Origin: Rhizophagus irregularis | Taxonomy: Eukaryota | Reading direction: 5' to 3' | NCBI RefSeq assembly: GCF_026210795.1 | Contig: NC_089436.1 | Coordinates: 1,240,001-1,304,000 of the forward strand | Length of the DNA: 64,000 bases | In this document: piece by piece, positions 25,718 through 38,389 of the stretch | How the letters are laid out: each line of letters starts with the position of its first letter | How positions within the stretch are numbered: position 1 is the stretch's first letter | Translations under genes and position numbers: made by a program | The notes under the pieces: generated by a model | Told to the model about the DNA's origin: nothing | The model's database searches: none | The model's input: only the letters and a program-made list of their open reading frames with translations

Positions 25718-26605
25718 TTTTGAGCTTCGACAAAATAATTTCATATAAATTCGTATACGTATTATAAACACAATATAATTGGCTTTTGCTAAAATCATTA
25801 AGTAAAATTATGGTAAGAAAAAATTTGCATAGATTAAAAGAAAAATATTTTCCAATTCCTTTAACCCATTTTAACGCTGATTATTATAACCGAATTTCTT
25901 TTTCTAACTACGTTTTTTTTCGTTGTCATCATACATGAGGAATCACAAACTGAATTTCATCGTAATGTACTAGTAAATATTTCTCGAGTGTTGTTATATA
26001 ACTAATTATGAATTTCTAAGATTTTAACACAAAATTCAATTAAGCTTTAACAAACTTTATTATTTTATTAGTTTAACGAGAAATTCTTATTTACATCTTT
26101 CTTATTAATATTTTTACTAAGATTGCTTTAAGTTTTGAATATTATTAAATATACATACAAAATTTAAATAGATATTCAACTAATAATTAAAATCAAATGA
26201 ACTGTAAATCAATATCTAGGATATTGCATTACATGCACGAAAAATAAATGTTTTATTTTTTTTTATCCAGTTCAAATTAATATTTCGAATGTGGCTGGTT
26301 GCGTAAATATGTAAAATTCCAGCCTCTTGCAGAGAAAAAAAAACTTTTTTATTATGAAAAGTTAATAAAAAAAAATGAATCTACGTGGGAATTTATGGAC
26401 ATTTATTAAATATTTATGCTCTGATGAAATTCCCATAAAAATATTTTTTATTGAATAATAGACTAACATGTGTTTATACGTTGCACATGATTAGATTTTA
26501 AAACAAAACAATTGGCAAAGAGGGTAAACGCAAAAAAAAAATAAAAAATAAACTTCTTAATCATTATTTTCCATGGAATACAAATTAAAAATGATATATC
26601 GGCAA

Positions 26606-26894
26606 TAGTGTTTGGAATCATGTAACAGTTATTCGAATAACTCGAGTATATTCGAGTATTCGAATAAGCATAGTGGTTATTCGAGTATTCATTTAGCCAG
26701 ATATAGTATAGTTAAAATTCTAATTGGGCATTAAATCCTTAAATTTAACTGAGTTAAAATCATAATTCAGGCTAAAAATTATGTAAATCATTACTATAAA
26801 AGGAAATTTAACTTATTCGAATATTATTCGAATACACTTTATAAATTTAAATGAATACTCGAGTGTATTCGAATATATTCGATTCCAAACACTA
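26606..26894. mobile_element. hAT-type MITE with TATTCGAATA repeats
   Basis: TIR TAGTGTTTGGAATC; 8-bp TSD ATCGGCAA; empty site at 45706-45713. Confidence 0.92.
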
Positions 26895-28044
26895 ATCGGC
26901 AATTTCCGAATTGTGAAACTTTAATTCATTACATCAAAAATGTTCTATTAATAGAACTTCATAACGACTGCATTATAATGTAATGTTACACATACAAGTG
27001 CATGAGTCCCGAGTCCTGATGAAATTTCTGAAACCTGGGACAATCTTAATTAGGTTGCTCTCTGTGAAAAAGTCTATTACACTATTACGTAATAATATTA
27101 GAATACTGTGGATTTTGACATTATAAAATAAAAAACGGAGATCGAATTCATTTTGGCAGAGATTTTAAATCTGATCAAGAAAAAAAAAAAATATTATTAC
27201 GACCTGAATTGGACAGTTGTGGTGGAAATGTCATAAAATTCTTCTCTATTCCAACTTCCAAATTATAATATCAATAGGTATTATTATACCAGCATTATGA
27301 TATGCTTTTGGCCGGAATTACAAATCTAATAAAACACTGGCCGGCATTACATCATAAATTCACCATTGGTGAACATCACCACTGGTGATATTTAGCAATA
27401 CACTTATTATTATATCGAGATTTATTTTCTTATTGTAGCGAACATATGATTATGCATGTATATATGAACTCAATATTAATAACAATATAGAAATCATAAT
27501 CAATTATTTTTTGCCATACAACTGCTGTTATATAAAGCAGTATTGTCTGATCCACAAACATGATAATTATAACGATTAATGAATGAATAGTCAATTAGCG
27601 TTAATGAACGTATACTGTATTACGTAAAAATCTTTAACGAATTTGATCAGTGATTGAGTGATAGTCATCAGACTGCCTGATAATTTAGTGATGAATAAAC
27701 TAGCAAATATGTCAAACATTTAATCCAATCATTTTGCCGATCGATCGGGTAAGGGTGAATTTTGGTATTTCTATATCTTAAATTTATATGAGAATATTCC
27801 TTAATTTAAATCTTTACTAGTCTTTCAACCGCATTTGAATGTTTTGAACAAGCAATAATGCGGGACCTTAATACTACTAATTACCTTGGGTTCTATTCTG
27901 TATACTTTTGGTATTGGATAAACTTCCGGCATTACGACAAATGGAAGCGTTTCGGCATACACCCTAGTGAGATTTTTCTTAACAATATTAACTCTGCAGC
28001 ATGTAATTTTACTTTTATTCTTTTTATATGTTTTATAATATGTA

Positions 28045-28314
28045 ATTATCATTTAGCCACATAGGTTCATATTGAACATCTTATCCATTTATTTTATGCA
28101 GACATACAATAATCCATATATGATCATACGATAATTTAAGTTAGTAGAATAAAAAAATAAAACAATCTCTTAAAATAAACTTATTTAACTTATTTATACA
28201 TTTTATATAAACTTTTTAAACTTTTATATAATAAACTTTTACATATAATTTTTTTTAAAACTAATACATAAACTTTTTAACTCTCAATATGAACCAAAAA
28301 AGCTAAACGATAAT
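28045..28314. mobile_element. AT-rich MITE
   Basis: TIR ATTATC.TTTAGC......GGTTCATATTGA; absent from the paralog at ~21440. Confidence 0.7.
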
Positions 28315-28323
28315 AATACTTAA

Positions 28324-28786
28324 TTCGTGATCCGCGTAAAAAGTAGAGAATTTAATTATTAAAAACCGGGGTTAAGTTATATATAGTAATATATAATAGC
28401 GCGGAATCTGAAGACGCGGCAAATTAAAGTATGAATTTTTTAAATATGATGTAAAAACTAAAACCATTAGCATAAAATTATACCATTTGACTAACTTTTT
28501 ACTAGAAGTCCGGTAAAATTTTCAATAATTAGAAATAACTTTTCTATTCGCAACGTTAAAAATAAGGCATTTTTTACCTTTAAGCCTATAAGTAAGTCAT
28601 TTATAGTGCTCAAAAAATTTACCGGACTTTCAACAAAAAGTAAGCCAAATAACATAATTTGATGGCAATAAACTTAGTTTTTATATTATATTTTAACGAT
28701 TAGTACTTTGGGTTGCCATGACGTCAGATTCTGCGCTATTATATAATTACCCCGATTTTCGATCTACTTAATTTGCGGATCACGAA
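28324..28786. mobile_element. Fold-back element flanked by TTAA (TTCGTGATCCG family)
   Basis: Same termini as 18779-19538; imperfect inverted arms of ~200 bp; empty site at ~21448. Confidence 0.85.
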
Positions 28787-28990
28787 TTAACCATCAGAAT
28801 TTAATAAATTTATTGAATTAAATGTCGTTAAAATAAGTAAAAAACTTTTTATTCTATTTGTTTTATTTTATTTAAGTGTGGAAAAAACCAATATATTACG
28901 AAGATCAATAAAATAATAAAGGAATCAAGCATATTGATATTTCTTAGACACCGACGGCAGAGTTATGCGCGAATACGTGATCAAATGACC

Positions 28991-29465
28991 AACTACCCCA
29001 GTGGCACCGACAAAAATTTAGCGATCACGTGACCAATTTATTTGTCGATCTTTCCCAAAAATGGTAAGCAGATTTAACGAAAAAATTTATTGTTATTATT
29101 TTTTTTGAATAAAACTTACTACAGACATTTTCTAATTTTAAAATTCGTAAACTATGCCTAAATTTGCTTGATCGCAAGTTTACTTAGGCAATAAAGGTAG
29201 GTTTTGAATACAGAAATTTGTAAAATTAATTATTTTACGAATTATCACATAAAAAGTCAAAATTTTATATTTAAAACGTATTTTTATCGTCTAGGTAAAT
29301 TTGTAGAGCGTTCAAAAATACACATACTATGTAAGTTTAAAAAATTTATGGCGTTTATATTGTGTTTTATTCTTATTTTTTTATTTTTTTGTTAAATCTG
29401 CTTGCCATTTTTGGGAATGATCTACAAAATTGGTCACGTGATAGCTAAATTTTTGTCGGGTAGTT
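28991..29465. mobile_element. Non-autonomous Mutator-like element
   Basis: TIR AACTACCC..CGACAAAAATTTAGC.ATCACGTGACCAATTT; 10-bp TSD TCAAATGACC; single-copy empty site TCAAACGGCC at 21675-21684. Confidence 0.9.
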
Positions 29466-29712
29466 TCAAATGACCAGCGTTACTGCGGAATAAGCACCAT
29501 TATTATTGTTTATTATTAATGCTCTCAATTAAATCAACATTAATAATTAATTGTTTGATTTTGTTGAATAACATGCTATTATATTAGTCCAATTATGAAA
29601 TTTTCCTTTTAAATTTGCAATATCTCGATTTTTGCACCATGCAGTCAGTAGTCTCTTGTCAATCCGAAAACTTCCATATTATAGAACTTCATTATTTGTA
29701 CATATTTGTATT

Positions 29713-30010
29713 ATTTATAACGGAATTCCGAGACCCGGAAGCCGGGTTGGACAAGTTTATTCCGTGGTTTTTTTTATTCCGTATTTCCGTAAATATATTC
29801 TCGAAACATGAAAATTATTCAAGTTGCTTAGATTTTTAGTTATTTTCCGTAAATGTATTCACGGAGATTTTACAGAAATTACGGATAAATATTTTACAGA
29901 CCTCCAGATTATTTTCTTTTATTTGCTTTTTATTTTTTGAAAATTGCAACGTATTATATATATCAAATTTTTGGAAAAAATATTTAAAAGAGAACGCTTG
30001 CCGTGTCCAT
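29713..30010. repeat. Dispersed repeat homologous to the insertion in K1/K2
   Basis: TTTATAACGGAATTCCGAGACCCGGAAGCCGG and GACCTCCAGATTATTTTCTTTTATTTGC match 54883-54980. Confidence 0.65.
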
Positions 30011-30378
30011 GTATTGTAAACACAACATTTATATCAGTAGTTTCTTTGAAACAATACAATCATAGCTATATTGTGTTGTCATTCCATAGTAACCTATTTG
30101 AATACTATTTCTTGTTAATTATAGAAAAATAAATATCTTCAGTTACTGTATGGTGCAACTTGTAATTAGAGGTAATCTTAACGCAACACAGATAATATAT
30201 ATATGCGAAATTACATAATTGACTCATGAAAATATTTTATAGAATAAATACTATTTCATTTCACGGGTTTCATGAGCATTATTCTTAATCGCCAATTATA
30301 GACATCAACTACATTATTTACATTAACTTCGAAAGTTATCCTTAATTAAGATCAGACAATTAATATATATATATAGTA

Positions 30379-30516
30379 CCCTGTAAAAAAGTCGATCCGT
30401 TTTTTATATTCCATGTTTCCGAAATTAATAACCTTATATCACGGAATTTATCGATTTATTTACATTTTCTGTGAATGGATCCGTGAAAGGCTCATTTTTA
30501 CGGAGTTTTTACAGGG
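30379..30516. mobile_element. MITE, CCCTRTAAAAA family
   Basis: CCCTGTAAAAA...TTTTTACAGGG; related copy at 40473-40659. Confidence 0.75.
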
Positions 30517-31700
30517 ATATAAATACAATTATTAAATTATAATTCAAAGGTTTAGTTCATTAATCATTAAATCATTAATTTGAAAGCTAAATCTCCTAAT
30601 CCTGGTAAGGTGACAATCACCAACGGTGATATTTAGCAATACTCAAGATTATTTAGTAAAATATTTGCTAACTCTGTTGGATTATTATTTTTCCAAGCTA
30701 TATTTTAGCATATCTCGAATCCCAAACATATCTCTGCATAACCAAGACGCATAGCAATGTCACGAATAGAAAATCATTTATTCAGACGTCCATTAAATTA
30801 TTAATACAAAAAGAAAAATGTGGGAACGCAAAGATACACATTCAGTCGTTATTGAGAAACTTAATCTTATATTAACATTACGATAATTTTACGTAATAAA
30901 TGAAAAATTTTTTTTCTTCCACAACAAAGCTATCAAAAATTGGATACTGATTTAGGGTCTGATGCTTATATTTTAGTAGAAAAATTATGGAAGTTACAAA
31001 GGGCATATCAGAATCATTGGAGGTTTCAAAAATGCATTTAGTTCTAAACAAAAAATCTAGGGTTATAAACATGATTTAGTATTTATATCATGATAATAAT
31101 CATTTACTCAGATTAAATGTAATTTCGTTGTGATAATAATTTTGTCTCGTCGCGTGCTGATATATATACTTACATACTGCTGTAATAAATTTTCTTTTTA
31201 GATATAGAGTAACAATAGCAAAAAAATCCGATAATAATTACTAATCTACTAATTACATCAAAAATTTTTTTTTTTGTTTCATCAAATATTAATCAAAGTC
31301 AATTTTACTCGGGTTACATATAATATTCTTCGGAAAAGAGTAAAACATTAGTATGTTTATTTCAAAAAAGAACCTATATCTAAAGTTCGTTAAGTTGTAG
31401 TACCGTTTATTATCCGGAGGACTATATATGTCTACTATGAAAAATGACCAATCACGTGAATTTCTCGTCTCCTCACGTGACGTTATACAATGAAATCGCA
31501 AATTTTAGTTTTACCTCCGGGCAATTAATTATTAGGTTAAATTCTACTTAATATAAATTTTTCACATGAACATCTACAATTGAGAAATGAAGTAATAACA
31601 AAGGATAAATGGAATCATAATCATAATGGAAATAATGATTAAGGAGATGAAGAGGAGAATGATGACGAAAATTAGGGAACACAAGTACAGTAACCGTACA

Positions 31701-32503
31701 GGGGTTACGGTACGTTTTGCCGAAAGCCATTTCGCCGAAACCCACTTTGCCGAAGCCATTTCGCCGAAGGTATATTTCGCCGAAGGGATGTTTCGCCGAA
31801 GAGACGTTTCGCCGAAGGGATGTTTCACCGAAGCTATTTCGCCGAATCATCCATTTCGCCGAAAGACATTTCGCCGAAAATGAGAAATATCAATTTTATA
31901 AAATTATTAAATCGTGTAATCATAAAAATAAAATTTTTTTTTTATTTATTTATTAATCTCATCATGAACCTTAATTCGTAATTCATGTAAGATTATATGA
32001 TGGTTTTACAATACTGTGAAGATGGAAATTTGAGAAATTACTATATATATGAATAAAAAATTAGATTATTATTCAAAAATTGATAAATTACAACAAATTG
32101 CAAGTGGACTTCTGGATATTCATAATTCTGGAAAAGTAATTGTTAATTATGTTAATTAACAAAATTTTAGTAAAAATGTCTTGCGATTTCTTATTAATAA
32201 AGTGTGAACCAGAAGGCTCAAAATTTATATTTATATACAATTTAACATATATTAATGATATAAAAAAATAAAAATTATTCCTATTTTAAGGCTAACAGTT
32301 TATTTTGTAAAAAAAAATTTCTAAATTTTTTAAATTTTTCCAATTATCAACTTTTAAGAATTATTTGTGAAATTGTAGGATTTACAAATGTTGCAATTAA
32401 TACTACCTATGTAAGAAACGAAGATTTCCCAAGGTTTCGGCAAAACGTCCTTTCGGCGAAATGGCTTCGGCGAAATGGCTTTCGGCAAAATGTCCTGATA
32501 CCC
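31701..32503. mobile_element. Mutator-like element with TTCGCCGAA subterminal arrays, carrying a kinase fragment
   Basis: GGG..TTTTGCCGAAAGCCATTTCGCCGAA at left and its reverse complement at right; internal DYMMVLQYCEDGNLRNY..QIASGLLDIHNSGKV at 31991-32138; no TSD seen. Confidence 0.75.
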
Positions 32504-32599
32504 AAGTGGTGATAGATATAAGCGATATGAAAGGAGGTTTTCTATAATAAATTATTTATTATTTATTAAAGGTACTAAAAATTTCAAACAAATTCGAAT

Positions 32600-33222
32600 C
32601 GTAGCATAATAATCAGCGTTAAGATGGGTTAAAAGAATTGGAAAATATTTTTCTTTTTAATCTAGGCCAATTTTTTCTTACCATAATTTACTAATGATTT
32701 TAGTAAAAGCCGAATAAATATTTTGTTTTTTTTTTACACTAAGGTCGGATAATACGCAATACGAATTTATACAAATAATAATCAAATTGTATCTCTAATC
32801 GATCTATACGAAATTATGGTGATTGATCATTTCTTGGCAAATCACTATCATTATAATTATTATAATTTTGATTGTTTGCAGTTTGTGTTATCATTCATGA
32901 TTTCCAACGTCATTATGAAGTTTTTATTTCAAGCTTTGTTTAAGATTGAACTTTTGGGCTAAAGACAATAATTTTATATTTTACACACTTCACTTGGATG
33001 CTGGTAAAGAAATTCATGAACATAATGATTATAATCATTAAAAGAATCTTGAAAATGACGAATTGCTAGATAAAAATTGATATCATTTGGTAAAAAGTAG
33101 TAAAACTTTAAATGATTTAAAACTTGTAAAATTTGCTGGTATTGCATAGTATGTGTTGCTACATCAAAAGTAGCAAAGTTACATCACGTATTAGACATAT
33201 CAGTCATATTCCCATGGGACGT
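32600..33222 (-). pseudogene. Decayed third copy of the U gene and its 3' flank
   Basis: CTTGGATGCTGGTAAA, CATATCAGTCATATTCCCATGGGACGT and AATCAGCGTTAA match U2 at 46230-46950, with deletions. Confidence 0.75.
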
Positions 33223-33372
33223 CTGTCGCGTTATATGAAATAAATCATTCAATTTATATACTGTATATACACCATACTCTAAATCACTTTTAATTTATAA
33301 TTATAATTTATCGTGAATTTATCGCTTTTATCGCTTTTATCAAAATAGTATGAACTCCTGCGTAGCGCATAT

Positions 33373-33596
33373 CACCCCAGTTCTTTTCAAATTTTGAGAT
33401 CCCCGGAGATTTTCCTGCATTAATAGGCAATTTCCGGGGATTCTTGCAGAAATCTCAATTATTTAAGTAGATTTCTTATAAAAAAAGCGTTACACAAATC
33501 TTTCATAGAAGAACAATTTCTCCAGAATTCGCTTAATTTTATCTAATAATGCAGGAAATCTCGGGGGACCAAAATCATTTCTTTTTTTTAGGGGTG
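33373..33596. mobile_element. CACTA/CMC-like MITE
   Basis: Termini CACCCC...GGGGTG with AT on both sides; inverted truncated copy at ~39868-40062. Confidence 0.7.
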
Positions 33597-34619
33597 ATAC
33601 GCATTCATATAGATAACTAACTTCTAACTAAAATAGCATGAGAAATATTTCTCTTAAAATAATGAATAATAGTAATTAGGTAAGTGGGCGAGCGCATGAT
33701 ATTTTAATAAATGTACTATGCGTTCATCACACTTCAATTAAGCATCAAATCTTGTGCTCTGCGCGTGTATAAGTATACTGATTGGATGAGTCATCAGACC
33801 CAGTTTGTTGATCAATTCGGCCAACAGCTCCAGGAAATGATCAAAAAGATCTAGATCAAATTAATGTAAAAAAGACAATTCGTTCTTTATTGTAAAATAT
33901 AGTGGATAGACATGTTACATTGCTACATGTTACTCCAGTTTGATCAGCACGTTAAATATTTTTTTTTATAAGCAAAAATATGATCAGAATAACATCATTT
34001 CGCTTTAAACACGTAAAGTAGATGTGAATTAATAAGCTACTTAAGTTGTTACATAAAATGAATGACTATTCTGTTATTTATAAAATTATTCGAAATACAA
34101 AGAACGTTTCGTCAAAACTTGTATGAATATTTATCACGAATATTCACATGAAAAATATGTTGCAAAAAAAAATATAAATCCATATTATTTCACATGAATT
34201 TATCTTTCGATAATTTTGTTAAGATGTACATCGACTTGTGATTACTGAAAGATAGTCTTATGAAATTACTTAATTTCGGTAATGGCTGTAGTGCCTCTAC
34301 TCTAAAAAACTACTTCAGTATATTTGTTAATGAACAAAAAAATTATCTAAACTTTTTTTTTTTTGTAAAATACAATATGATTAAATTTATTCTATTGTTA
34401 AAACATTTATTTAAACCGATAATCTAGCGCGTTCGCGCTCTCTTCATAAAATATCATCATTATTTTTTTTTTCCAAAAAAAAAATTTTTGGGATATTCTG
34501 TCCCTTTCACTAAACCGATCTCCGGATTTCTCCGGATCCCGGAAGAAATGACTGATAAATGGAAAATGAAAAGAATAGCGTAACATGATGAAGTTTTGAA
34601 TTGATATATATTCAACTAA

Positions 34620-34820
34620 ATGCTTTTCAACTCAATTTTACGCGATATACTGGATGAATTTGAAAATTCATATTCGTATCCTGACGAATCTTTGTTTTGA
34701 GAAGTATTATAGGAATGTGATATAGCTCATTTGTTGTGAATGGTCTTAACTTTATTCATGAACGAGATCTAATCGAAGATATTGGATTACATGGACCTGG
34801 TGATAAACAATTATCTCGAA
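34620..34820 (+). pseudogene. Internally deleted remnant of the K pseudokinase family
   Basis: TATTCGTATCCTGACGAATC, TGGTCTTAACTTTATTCATGAACGAGATCT and GGATTACATGGACCTG match K exon 2 in order; a small minus-strand piece lies at 35310-35341. Confidence 0.65.
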
Positions 34821-36062
34821 AATAAATAAGTTGATCATAGCTTTGTATAAGAAATCAAATTATCAATACTGGTTTATTTTATTGTAATTCAAAGATCTGC
34901 TCGGGATCAAGATCAAGTATTGTCGATGAAACTCATCTGTTTTTGTCACATTAATGCTATTATGTGTTAATCCACTTGCAGACCATCATTACAAACATGA
35001 TTCATCTGAATTTAATTTAACGAATTCAATGTAAAATACTCGAAGTGATATTTCTTTCTTGAAGATTGTTAGTAATATTAATGGATTTAATTCTTTGTCT
35101 ATTTGTTTCCTTTACTAAATCCGTCGACTCATTACACACTATTTGATATTGATTTACAAGGATTATAACATAATTACATAATTAACAAAGAAACAAAGCA
35201 AATAGTAGAATTAAGAAAAAAAAATTTGCCTGCATGATCTTCATCTTCTATTTCGTATTTTACCACGTAATATCGTTCGTTGCTTGGTAGATTTCAACAT
35301 GATAATATTGATCTAACGAAAACAGGTGGAGTTCCACTGACAACACTCGCCCTTAATCTTGAGTAGAATTTCTAGGTCTATAGGTCTATATATACTGTAA
35401 ATAATTTTTACTTAGATTGTTGTATAAATAAAACGACCTTTCATTGAAATTAATAAACGTATTGTAATAATAAAGTGTCCTTTTTTTCTCTCAAGAATTT
35501 TTTTTTATAAATCATTCGTACATAATCTTAAGTTCGTAATATACATGATGCCCTCTGGTAAATTCCTTTAAAATGGTCAATAATTAATCATCGTCCTTCT
35601 TATGAAAGATCATACGTTTGTGTCGTTAATAAATTTACGATTCTCCGTTCATAAGTATTTACTTAGTAGCGAGCTTCCGAGCTTTGGTTTTCAGTGATAC
35701 GAGTATCAACATCAACTACATATCCCTTCCTTAAATTTAATTTTTTCTTGGCTAGCTAGCAAACTCGATCTATCTTAAAATAAGTGGATTAAGTATCTTG
35801 AAAAAAGTACATGATGGTTAATTATATCTCGTTATTTTTAATTTATTGATAAGAAACTTTTCATCACCTGTATATATAAAAGAATAAAAGTAAATGAAAA
35901 TTTTCAAATTTTTATTTTTTCTCTAATTAAATATTAATGGAATAAAACCATTTTATTTTGTTTTTTTTTTCTATAAAATATTATTCTATCTTTTTTTGTA
36001 ATACAATACATTTTAATTTTTTTAAATTAATTAATTCTTTTTTTTAAAAAAAAAAATACTAC

Positions 36063-37788
36063 CTAATTACTAAAAATAAATAACCCTGATAACCCGGCCG
36101 TAGTGGGTTTCATCTCATCAATTTTTAATTTACATTCATAATTTTCGCTATGCCAATATGACATAACATGAATAATTCCATAATAATGATTTAATGCTGC
36201 TGTTACAACAAAGAAATGAAAAATTTGATGAGATGATCCCTAAAAAAAAATAAAAAATAAAAATAGGCATAAATTATTAATCACTTGTAAAAAAAATAAA
36301 CGATTAAATTCAATAAATAATACTAACCCATATGTCAAATGTTCCAGGAAACAATCTTTCAGGTATTCTAATAAAAAGAATTGAGATTTTTAATGAAAAA
36401 TCTTTATTTAAATTCTTTGATAAAAAAATTATTCACATACCTTGCACCGTAAATTAATGCACCAACAACGTATAGTACGCCTGTTATCAATAACGACTTA
36501 AGAGCAATAACATCAAAACTTAAATGAACCTACAAGAATAATTCATAAAACGTAAATATTTTTGCAAATCCACAAAGTTAATAAATCAAAAACATATAAT
36601 ATATAATTATTCACCCCATATAATATAATGGCATGCAGGACTGGGAAAAATGTACTTCCGCCTAATGCGATAAATAACCCGGTCCTAAACCACCTAAATT
36701 CTGGTTTTCTAAACCTAAGAGCAACTGCTACAGAAATCTATATGATAATACAAATATAATTTTAGAAGAATTTTTTATACCATACTAATAAACATACACA
36801 TTCACACATATATGCAAAGTACATACCGTTGCAGTTCCAAATATAAATATCATTGAAAAGTAAACGATTTTCCAGATTTTATGACAATAAAATCCTAGAT
36901 TTTTTTTTAAAAGAAAATCATTTAATCTAAAGATAAGGAAATAAAATAAGAATATTAAAACAAGAACGTACCATAATATATTATTGGGCAAATAGATCCA
37001 CTAAAAAATAAAATATACTTGTTATTAACATAAAAATTCTGAGTCAACCATTTTTAAAGACTTTAAACGAATCTTGACTTACAAAATCAAGGCAACAATA
37101 CCAACATAATCGCATCTATTCCAATTCGCACAAACCTATGAGAAACAAAAAAATTCTATTTTTAATATTAACTTATTGAATAATTATTAGTGAATGTGAG
37201 CAAACATTACCTTTTCCGAATGGCAACAAAGGGTATGAAAAGCTGACGACAATCCGAGACAAATCATTGCGCCAGCCATAAAACAATAAAATGCAATTAA
37301 ATCCACCTGATTCAAAGTTGTATAATTTACAAAATAAAAATATGTAGCGAATGAATAGGTAGCAAAAAGCAATGCACCAATAAGGTGAGACCAAATATTA
37401 ACTTGATTAAAAACGCAAGAAATGAAATTTAGTATGTTTCTTTAGCAATAAGTCAACACTCGAGTTTTAACTTCGACTTACCACTTTCATTGTGAAGATA
37501 AAATAAGGATTGTGCACACTTTAAATACGAAAATGTTGGACGACGATAACCTCGAATGATATCTTTATTATCTTGTAACCAACTGGGAAGTTCCCAAAAA
37601 GTACAAGTTAAAGAAACCTTGGTATTTGTAACCCAAGTTTTTGGAAAGAATAATGATTCGTTTGGATCAAATTCGTCATCAGATTTTTCGGGATCAAGGT
37701 TAGCTACCAAAGAAACTATTTCTTCGGCAAAATTTTTTTCGGGTAAAGGATGGTTGGTTGATGATAATTTACGTTGGGAAAGCGGCAT
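36063..37788 (-). CDS. PAQR / haemolysin-III family membrane receptor (IZH/adiponectin-receptor-like), 9 coding exons
   Basis: Spliced translation gives ELPSWLQDN..GYR, HNESVNIWSHL, SSAFHT, DYVGI, RIPERLFPGTFDIWGSSHQIFH. Exons approx. 37788-37482, 37401-37211, 37135-37083, 37000-36972, 36895-36827, 36737-36617, 36529-36441, 36367-36328, 36239-36063. Confidence 0.93.
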
Positions 37789-38389
37789 TTTTTGAGTTAA
37801 AGGTGATTAGTCGAATCGGTAAAGAAAAACGAAATGTCCTTTATAAATATATCTTATTATTTATTTATTTATAAAAAAAATTATTTTTTTTTAACAAACT
37901 TGTCGATTCCTAAGTAAAATTAATATGCAATGCAATAAATACGTTAGTTAGAAAAATAATTTATAATCAAATGCAAATAATTTGTTTTGCATAAAACATG
38001 CATATTTCTGAGTGTTTCATTGTATAAAGAAATTTTTTTATTAAAAATACCTTAAAAAACCGTAAGGACAAAAAAAAAGAAAGTTTGGAATTCGACAAGG
38101 AGAGGAGAACAAGTCTACCAACCCTCAAAAAAAGGTTCGAGTTTCGGAGTAATTTCCATTTTACTTTATATAGATGAATTTTATCGTATAAATTTAGTTA
38201 AGACGATCATTCTATTAAAAATCGATAAACTGATAACATCCTAATTTTGCCGATGTAAGACAAACGTACCACATGTTATTGTTGTTGAAATCTATTCGTC
38301 GCGTGAATGTGAAATTCACGCAGCGCCTCAGCCTATCATGATAATCGCAATAATAATTATAAATAGCAGATTATCATTGAACTGAAAAA

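Larger units (their letters stand above)
23640..27055 (+). repeat. Segmental duplication unit U1
   Basis: Reverse complement of ~45565-48820. 23640-24410 is also a direct paralog of the K1 upstream region ~2310-3330. Confidence 0.85.

Noticed and set aside
30878..31072. 64-aa minus-strand ORF
   Set aside because: No motif, paralog or clear splice structure to support it.
31548..31956. Four overlapping ORFs and a CRISPR-like regular repeat
   Set aside because: ~15-20 bp TTCGCCGAA subterminal repeats of a TIR element; no unique spacers or cas genes; eukaryotic context.
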